The notes beneath the pieces are model-generated. The model saw only the letters and a list, made by a program, of their open reading frames with translations. It was not told the origin of the DNA and did no database searches. From Eledone cirrhosa (lineage: Eukaryota): DNA of 64,000 nt. The position numbers and the translations under genes are program-made. How positions within the stretch are numbered: position 1 is the stretch's first letter; every line of letters starts with the position of its first letter. Where the stretch lies: NCBI GenBank assembly GCA_964016885.1, contig OZ024741.1:32612001-32676000 (forward strand), written 5' to 3'. Below are positions 55,566 through 64,000 of the stretch, one piece after another.

Positions 55566-56025
55566 GAAAAGTGTAATTTTCTACACAAAACGAAGGTTAT
55601 AGAGAAAATTGAGGTTGGTAATGGCACATGGAATATATAAGAGACAGAATACTTTTTTGTGAAAAAACATAATTTTATAAGGTAAGGAAATAATAAAGGG
55701 TATAAAAAATGACCGGTTTCGATGGGTCTGCAAAAGCCATCTTTTCAAATGTTGATTAATATTAAGAAAAATTAATAATACGAAGAGTTAAAATTTGAGA
55801 CTTGAAAATTCAAGTATAAAATTCATTGTGGGATTTCATAGCAGTTTTCATCTAGGTAGCAACAACAGGTTGACTGCTGTGTCCCTTTCTGGTAGTGAAT
55901 GAGAAGTTATTTGGGGTGTGGGTTATTTTATAAAGGTCAGATTTAGCAATAGCCAGCTGCTGGTCAGTGAGGGGGTGGAAGCAATATACACACACATACC
56001 TTCATCCACACATACATACACATAC

Positions 56026-56068
<43 letters not shown>

Positions 56069-56129
56069 CACACATACATACACACACACATACATATACA
56101 TACACACACACACACACATATATACACAT

Positions 56130-56186
<57 letters not shown>

Positions 56187-56217
56187 TATACATACATACA
56201 CATACATCCAGATACAC

Positions 56218-56315
<98 letters not shown>

Positions 56316-56415
56316 CCCCACACATACATACACACACACATATATATATATACATACACACATACAAACATACACACACACACACACACACATATATATA
56401 CACACATACACACAC

Positions 56416-56446
<31 letters not shown>

Positions 56447-57321
56447 TGCATATATATATATATATACACATACGCATACATCCAGATACCCACATACATA
56501 CACACACACACACACACACGCACACACAATACATACATCCACATGCACACACATACTCACACACACACACACACACATACATACACCCACACACAGAGAA
56601 ATGGCCTTCAAATATATATATATATATATACATACAGACACATATATTTTTTCCATAATATAAGAAGTTGGGGCAGTGAAATTAAAATAATTCTGTGTGC
56701 GCATATATATATAGATATACGTGTGTGCACGTGCAGGGTTTAACATGGATGTGTTGGTCACACAAAGGCATGGTCTGTCAATGAATAAACCTGATTCTAC
56801 AGAATTGGTCTCTGGTCTTTAATAGTAGTGATTCCGTGCGTATGTGTGTTTATATTTTATGACAATTCTATTGGGGTGATATATATATATATATATATGT
56901 ATATGTATGTGTATGTATGTGTGGATGAAGGTATGTGTGTGTATATTGCTTCCACCCCCTCACTGACCAGCAGCTGGCTATTGCTAAATCTGACCTTTAT
57001 AAAATAACCCACACCCCAAATAACTTCTCATTCACTACCAGAAAGGGACACAGCAGTCAACCTGTTGTTGCTACCTAGATGAAAACTGCTATGAAATCCC
57101 ACAATGAATTTTATACTTGAATTTTCAAGTCTCAAATTTTAACTCTTCGTATTATTAATTTTTCTTAATATTAATCAACATTTGAAAAGATGGCTTTTGC
57201 AGACCCATCGAAACCGGTCATTTTTTATACCCTTTATTATTTCCTTACCTTATAAAATTATGTTTTTTCACAAAAAAGTATTCTGTCTCTTATATATTCC
57301 ATGTGCCATTACCAACCTCAA

Positions 57322-57328
<7 letters not shown>
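55566..57328. mobile_element. Large fold-back non-coding PLE-like element (~430-bp arms, ~35-bp tail)
   Basis: 55601-56030 is the reverse complement of ~56890-57328; centre is a (CA/TA)n tract plus unique sequence; extra tail 55566-55600; microsatellite flanks. Confidence 0.88.
57177..57224 (+). ncRNA. Minimal hammerhead with U3-A8 core (mirror at ~55706-55753, minus strand)
   Basis: AACAT-TTGAAAA-GATGG-CTTTTGCAGAC-CCATC-GAAA-CCGG-TC^ATTTT; stem I has one mismatch. Confidence 0.7.
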
Positions 57329-57396
<68 letters not shown>

Positions 57397-57398
<2 letters not shown>

Positions 57399-57770
57399 CT
57401 AAGGGATATTTAATTGGTTGATAATTAAACAAATATATATAATTATAACAGATTCGAAGCACTCGAGAGGTTTTCTGGAGTATAATATCAATGATATTTA
57501 TAAATGAAAACTATATTTATAAAACCATATTTATTCTATTATATATATTTCAAGGGTACCAAAACTTTGGTACGCTGTCATCAGATATTTAAAATACAAG
57601 TATCCAGGTTAAACTTGAACCATTAAGGTCTCATTCCTGGATATGTCAATATTTATAAAACAAACTTTGTATGTTATCTGATGAGGGCGTACCAAAGTTT
57701 TGGCACCCTTGAAATATAGATAATAGAATAAATATGGTTTTATAAATATATTTTCCATTTATTTAATATC

Positions 57771-57775
<5 letters not shown>
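57397..57775. mobile_element. Fold-back mini-element with two outward-facing HHRs; same family as 28414-28847
   Basis: Arms ~57495-57600 / 57665-57772; HHR CTGATGA at 57678 (+) and 57578-57584 (-), stem II GTACCAA/TTGG(T/C)AC, GAAA-TATA(G/T)A-TA; homologous tail 57397-57490. Confidence 0.82.
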
Positions 57776-57837
<62 letters not shown>

Positions 57838-57918
57838 GATAGATAGATAGATATACACACACAATACACACGCACAACTATATATATTTATATATATACA
57901 CACATATATATATATATT

Positions 57919-57979
<61 letters not shown>

Positions 57980-58470
57980 ATACTTTGGGAGGGTCATGTT
58001 GCCAATAAGAAACACACGCAGCAGTTGCTTTCACTTCAATTTAATTTAATATATATTTATAAATTTACAAATTTATAAATTTCTGGTTGGTTGGTTGGTT
58101 CCACAACCAGATAGTTGTTTATATATATATAGTCATAGTTCTTTCGTCACACACTCTGTGACCTCTTCAGTGACTGGGGATTTCTTTCTTCGTTTCTGTG
58201 CCTTTCCTTTCTTCTATCCTACGCCATTTTGTTTGTGTGTGGGTTGCGTGCTCAGTTTGCGCATGCGCCACATCCGGGTGTCTGTGTGTGTTTGTGTTCA
58301 TTTTCTATTTTTCTATTTATATTTGTTTGTTTATTTATTTATTTATTGTTGGTTGGTTGTTTGTTCTATGTGTGTGTGTGTTTTCATTTTGTCTTGTGTG
58401 TGTTTTCATTTTGTGTGTGTTTTCAATTGTAAGTTGTTTATATATGTGTGTGTGTGTTTTCATTTTGTCC

Positions 58471-59187
58471 TTAATTGTAAGTTGTGATGTTGCTGTTCCA
58501 CTCATATTTTCTATTTAATTTTGGTTTTAATTCTTTTATGCTTACTGCCTCTGTAATTTGCCTAAACATTGCGTCTTTCTTGTGTGTGGATTCTATTTTT
58601 ATTTCTATGCTCTCTAATTTACCCCTGTGTTCTATCTTAGCATGTTGGTAGAGCACAGATGATTCTTTACTATCTTGGAGGTCTCGCCAGTGTTCATTTA
58701 TTCGTTCCCCTATACTACGAGCTGTCTCACCTATGTACACTATATTTTTGTTTCTACATTGTCCCTCAGTACATCTTATGCTATATACTACATTTCTAGT
58801 TTTACAGTTAATATGGGGGCTTATTTTACAGGTTATACATTTCTTATCTATACATGAGGGTCTTTGGAACGGGTATGTCTTGCTAATAAGTGTTTTTACG
58901 GAGGTACCAGGTCTTTCTACTATCTTAATATTGAGATTATGTTTCTTTAGGGCCCTTCTAAATTTGTAGGCTAGTTCACCTCTAGGGGTTGTATTGATGA
59001 ACATTACACTCTGGTATTTATTGCTATCATACCATGAGTTTATTCTATTGGCCTTGTTCTTAGTTCTTTCTATTCTATTCCAAAATTTGCTCCTATACAA
59101 GGGGCAGGTCCCATTTATGTCATTATTTACCATTTTTTCCCATTTGGTTCTGGCTCCTTTATACACTCTGATTCTATCTCTCTGATT
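58471..59187 (-). pseudogene. PLE ORF C-terminal fragment (GIY-YIG endonuclease), mirror copy
   Basis: Identical 231-aa translation to 59284-59979. Confidence 0.9.
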
Positions 59188-59253
59188 CTATCTCTCTGAT
59201 TCTATCTTTATACACTCTGATTCTATCTCTGATTCTATCTCTGATTCTATCTC

Positions 59254-59979
59254 TCTGGCTACAATCAGAGAGATAGAATCAGAGTGTATAAAGGAGCCAG
59301 AACCAAATGGGAAAAAATGGTAAATAATGACATAAATGGGACCTGCCCCTTGTATAGGAGCAAATTTTGGAATAGAATAGAAAGAACTAAGAACAAGGCC
59401 AATAGAATAAACTCATGGTATGATAGCAATAAATACCAGAGTGTAATGTTCATCAATACAACCCCTAGAGGTGAACTAGCCTACAAATTTAGAAGGGCCC
59501 TAAAGAAACATAATCTCAATATTAAGATAGTAGAAAGACCTGGTACCTCCGTAAAAACACTTATTAGCAAGACATACCCGTTCCAAAGACCCTCATGTAT
59601 AGATAAGAAATGTATAACCTGTAAAATAAGCCCCCATATTAACTGTAAAACTAGAAATGTAGTATATAGCATAAGATGTACTGAGGGACAATGTAGAAAC
59701 AAAAATATAGTGTACATAGGTGAGACAGCTCGTAGTATAGGGGAACGAATAAATGAACACTGGCGAGACCTCCAAGATAGTAAAGAATCATCTGTGCTCT
59801 ACCAACATGCTAAGATAGAACACAGGGGTAAATTAGAGAGCATAGAAATAAAAATAGAATCCACACACAAGAAAGACGCAATGTTTAGGCAAATTACAGA
59901 GGCAGTAAGCATAAAAGAATTAAAACCAAAATTAAATAGAAAATATGAGTGGAACAGCAACATCACAACTTACAATTAA
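59254..59979 (+). pseudogene. PLE ORF C-terminal fragment: RT thumb end, Cys linker, GIY-YIG endonuclease with CCHH
   Basis: SGYNQRDRIRVY...CIDKKCITC...NCKTRNVVYSIRCTEGQC...VYIGETARSIGERINEH...LYQHAKIEH...RQITEA...PKLNRKYEW; no RT core and no authentic start. Confidence 0.9.
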
Positions 59980-60274
59980 GGACAAAATGAAAACACACAC
60001 ACACATATATAAACAACTTACAATTGAAAACACACACAAAATGAAAACACACACAAGACAAAATGAAAACACACACACACATAGAACAAACAACCAACCA
60101 ACAATAAATAAATAAATAAACAAACAAATATAAATAGAAAAATAGAAAATGAACACAAACACACACAGACACCCGGATGTGGCGCATGCGCAAACTGAGC
60201 ACGCAACCCACACACAAACAAAATGGCGTAGGATAGAAGAAAGGAAAGGCACAGAAACGAAGAAAGAAATCCCC

Positions 60275-60319
60275 AGTCACTGAAGAGGTCACAGAGTGTG
60301 TGACGAAAGAACTATGACT
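60275..60319 (+). ncRNA. Minimal type I hammerhead in PLE 3' UTR (mirror at 58131-58175, minus strand)
   Basis: AGTCA-CTGAAGA-G-GTCACA-GAGTG-TGTGAC-GAAA-GAAC-TA^TGACT. Confidence 0.85.
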
Positions 60320-60532
60320 ATATATATATAAACAACTATCTGGTTGTGGAACCAACCAACCAACCAGAAATTTATAAATTTGTAAATTTATAAATATATA
60401 TTAAATTAAATTGAAGTGAAAGCAACTGGTGCGTGTGTTTCTTATTGGCAACATGACCCTCCCAAAGTATAACAATATCGGTTTCAACACACGATTTCAG
60501 ATAAAGAATCTTGCTAAACAAATTCAGAAACG

Positions 60533-60590
<58 letters not shown>

Positions 60591-60639
60591 GTATATATAT
60601 ATGTATATAAATATATATGTATATATATATGTATATATA

Positions 60640-60673
<34 letters not shown>

Positions 60674-60676
<3 letters not shown>

Positions 60677-61093
60677 CGTCTTTGAATTTGTTTAGTAAGA
60701 TTCCTTATCTGAAAACGTGTGTTGAAACCGATATTGTCATACTTTGGGTGGGTCATGTTGCCAATAAGAAACCAATATGAAACACACGCACCAGTTATTT
60801 TCAATTCAATTATAATAAATTTCCGCTTTCTGTGTGTATTATACACAAAAACAAGATGACGTAGGACAGAACAAAGGAGAGGCACAAAATAAAAAATAAA
60901 GAAAAGAATCCCCAGTGACTGAAGAGGTCACAGAATGCGTGACGAAAGAACTTTGACAATATTTGAACAACCGTCCGTTCATAGAACCAACCAACCAACC
61001 GGAAATTTATAATAAATTGAAGTGAAAACACTTGGTGCGCGTGTTTCTTATTGGTTTCTTATTGGCAACATGACCCTCCCAAAGTATAACAAT
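60674..61093. mobile_element. Short fold-back derivative of the 58-60 kb PLE family (3' UTR only, degenerate HHR at ~60914-60958)
   Basis: Minus-strand terminus plus tail at 60674-60825; plus-strand 3' UTR ending ATGACCCTCCCAAAGTATAACAATA(TA)n at 61093. Confidence 0.85.
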
Positions 61094-61104
61094 ATATATA
61101 TATA

Positions 61105-63080
61105 TATTTTACTCTTGATTTGGCCAGATGTATTTATTTCCAGGTACCTTATAAACATGACTTTCCGTATTTGTTACTGTTATGAGATATGGAGGTTTTT
61201 TGGTTGTCACTTCTCTGTCTTTAGCCTAAGAAAATATATATATGCGTGTGTAAATAATGACATGCATACATTTATTTTTTTAAAATTAATTGAGTTCTTA
61301 ACACGTGGAATTGATAATAGTTATGAAATGACTAATTAACCCGCGTGTATTAAATATTTTACTCTTAATTTAGCCAGAGATTTACATTCCCAATCGCCTT
61401 TTAAAGCGTACTTTCCGTATTTACTGCGTTTATGAGATGCGGTTTGTTATTTAGGTATTCACTTCTGTTTTTAGCCTAAGAAAATATCTATATGCGTGTG
61501 TAATTAATACACGCATACATTTATTTTTTCAATTCCAATTGAGTTCTTAACACGTTGGATTTATAATGTTTTTGAAAAAACTAATTAACCCACGTGTTTA
61601 TTATTTTCTTTTCTCGTGAATCGTGGTTGTCTCCCTTTCCCGCTTCGTGACGCTATGAAACTTCCTCAGTCTAAAGACTGCTGGAATTTCAAATTTGGCG
61701 GTCATTCGATGCGTGAGGGAGCAGCTTAGCAGACACGATTTTTAACTGCGGTAAGAATGTTTTCTTATATCAAAGTTTAATGGGCTTCCACTGAAGATTT
61801 ATAAGTGCCCACCTAAATATATTCTTACATGAATGTATGTTAGGCTTCTACATAAACTGGAAACATTCTCCCAATTTGTAGAAAACTTATAATGAAACAA
61901 TTGTTTGGAAAGAGAGATACATTTTAACTTTAATTATATCTCATAAAATAATACAACTGGCTTTCCACAAAATACATATAGTTAGCACCCCAAACACTTA
62001 AATTGGGTTTATACTAACATATAGCCTAATGTTTGTTGAGTGAGATGGTTACCAGTCGGAGTTTAGCTTTAAGCTATCTCTGTTATTGTATTAAATATTT
62101 TACTCTTGATTTGGCCAGTGGTATTTATTTCCAGGTACCTTATAAACATGACTTTCCGTATTTGTTACTGTTATGAGATATGGAGGTTTTTTGGTTGTCA
62201 CTTCTCTGTTTTTAGCCTAAGAAAATATATATATGCGTGTGTAAATAATTACATGCATACATTTATTTTTTTTAATTAATTGAGTTCTTAACACGTGGAA
62301 TTGATAATAGTTATGAAATTACTAATTAACCCGCGTGTATTAAATATTTTACTCTTAATTTAGCCAAAGATTTACATTCCCAATCGCCTTTTAAAGCGTA
62401 CTTTCCGTATTTACTGCGTTTATGAGATGCGGTTTGTTATTTAGGTATTCACTTCTGTTTTTAGCCAAAGAAAATATCTATATGCGTGTGTAATTAATAC
62501 ACGCATACATTTATTTTTTTAATTTCAATTGAGTTCTTAACACGTTGGATTGATAATATTTTTGAAAAAACTAATTAACCCCCGTGTTTATTATTTTCTT
62601 TTTTCGTGAATCGTGGTTGTCTCCCTTTCCCGCTTCGTGACGCTATGAAACTTCCTCAGTCAAAAGACTGCTGGAATTTCAAATTTGGCGGTCATTCGTG
62701 CGTGAGGGAGCAGCTTAGCAGACACGATTTTTAACTGCGGTAAGAATTTTTTCTTATATCAAAGTTTAATGGGCTTCCACTGAAGATTTATAAGTGCCCA
62801 CCTAAATATATTCTTACATGAATGTATGTTAGGCTTCTACATAAACTGGAAACATTCTCCCAATTTGTAGAAAACTTATAATGAAACAATTGTTTGGAAA
62901 GAGAGATATATTTTAACTTTAATTATATCTCATAAAATAATACAACTGGCTTTCCACAAAATACATATAGTTAGCACCCCAAACACTTAAATTGGGTTTA
63001 TACTAACATATAGCCTAATGTTTGTTGAGTGAGATGGTTACCAGTCGGAGTTTAACTTTAAGCTATCTCTGTTATTGTAT

Positions 63081-63085
<5 letters not shown>
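61105..63085. repeat. ~990-bp tandem duplication, each unit starting with two diverged ~250-bp subrepeats
   Basis: TTACTCTTGATTTGGCCAG at ~61109 and ~62100; subrepeat TTACTCTTAATTTAGCCA at ~61359 and ~62349; TA-flanked. Confidence 0.92.
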
Positions 63086-63141
<56 letters not shown>

Positions 63142-63146
<5 letters not shown>

Positions 63147-63515
63147 GAAAAAAATCAGTGATGCATCTGGACTCAATTTATTGTGTGTTACAATTGTTTC
63201 GCCGGCAGACAGCTCGAGACATGATGATTGTATGGATCTGTTTGATTCTAGAACTGCGAGTTCGTCGGACAGTTGTATTAATTTCGGAGAAAATTTGTTC
63301 CGAAATTATTGCAAGTGTCCGACGAACCTGCAATTCTAGAATCAGACAGATCCATACAATGATCATGTCTCGAGCTGTCTGCCCGAGAAACAATTGTAAC
63401 ACACAATAAATTGAGTCCAGATGCATCACTGATTTTTGGTTTTATATTATATCACACTCTACTCTGTAAAAACATAGAGTGCTCAACTGGCCTATGGAAG
63501 CATCATAGCTATCTT
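63142..63515. mobile_element. Fold-back mini-element (~130-bp arms + ~70-bp tail)
   Basis: 63142-63271 mirrors 63316-63443; tail is homologous to 43480-43550. Confidence 0.88.
63315..63402 (+). ncRNA. Hammerhead with C4 core variant and 61-nt stem II region (mirror at 63185-63271, minus strand)
   Basis: GTGT-CCGACGA-[61 nt incl. CAGACAG/CTGTCTG]-GAAA-CAATTG-TA^ACAC. Confidence 0.68.
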
Positions 63516-64000
63516 TAAACACACACACACATATATATATAAAAAAAAAAAACTAAAAAAAAAAACAATAATAAAATGTTACTTTTCAAATCTGCGTTAA
63601 AAGCTGATGTAACAATGATGGTTATAACGGCACTCCCGAGTTGTCATCTGTAACAAGCATCATATCATTAATCATTTTTTTATTCCAAAATATTTCGTTA
63701 TAGTCAAATGATTTACGATATCATATGTGGAAATTATATGTTGCTACTAAATTATAGAAGCGTTTTTATTTCTTTGCCTGTTGCTACATTTTAGAATTAC
63801 ACAGGTTTAACTTCTTTAACATAGGTTAGTATCCGTAGACTACTAACTGTAATATTTTGGTGTGTAGTGCTTCCCATCATAATTACTTCGGTATATTGTA
63901 TTCTATTTTATAAAATATAACTGACGACTTTACAATTATGAATAGAATGTAACCAGGTTTTAAAGCATTTGTTGTGGCACATGTCAGTGGCTTGATAAAT

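Larger units (their letters stand above)
57974..60536. mobile_element. Near-perfect 2.5-kb palindromic PLE insertion (two 5'-truncated copies head-to-head, 60-bp tail)
   Basis: Arms 57974-59187 and ~59254-60476 are mirror images (identical translated ORFs; one mismatch noticed at 58021); tail 60477-60536; (TA)n on both sides. Confidence 0.95.

Overview
Eukaryotic, AT-rich, repeat-dominated DNA with no recognisable host gene. The tRNA-derived SINE type and microsatellite load suggest an octopod cephalopod (inference). Bases 1-18083 are a 66-bp satellite (~274 monomers) with nested higher-order periods; its long ORFs are repeat artefacts. The remaining 46 kb holds microsatellites, SINEs, RTE LINE fragments, a hAT MITE with an 8-bp TSD, a mariner end, a ~1-kb tandem duplication and two fold-back Penelope-like retroelements (PLEs). 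One PLE has RT plus C-terminal GIY-YIG with a CxCx5C linker (43.8-50.6 kb); the other is an endonuclease-only palindrome (58.0-60.5 kb). The main hidden signal is a dense set of (TA)n-embedded fold-back mini-elements carrying about 22 type I hammerhead ribozyme (HHR) motifs between 28 and 63.5 kb. These include atypical forms: 60-90 nt structured stem II expansions in three unrelated families (one with stem I covariation), compensatory U3-A8 cores in two families, and a retrozyme-like ~320-bp tandem unit. All RNA folds were paired by eye and need computational and biochemical confirmation.
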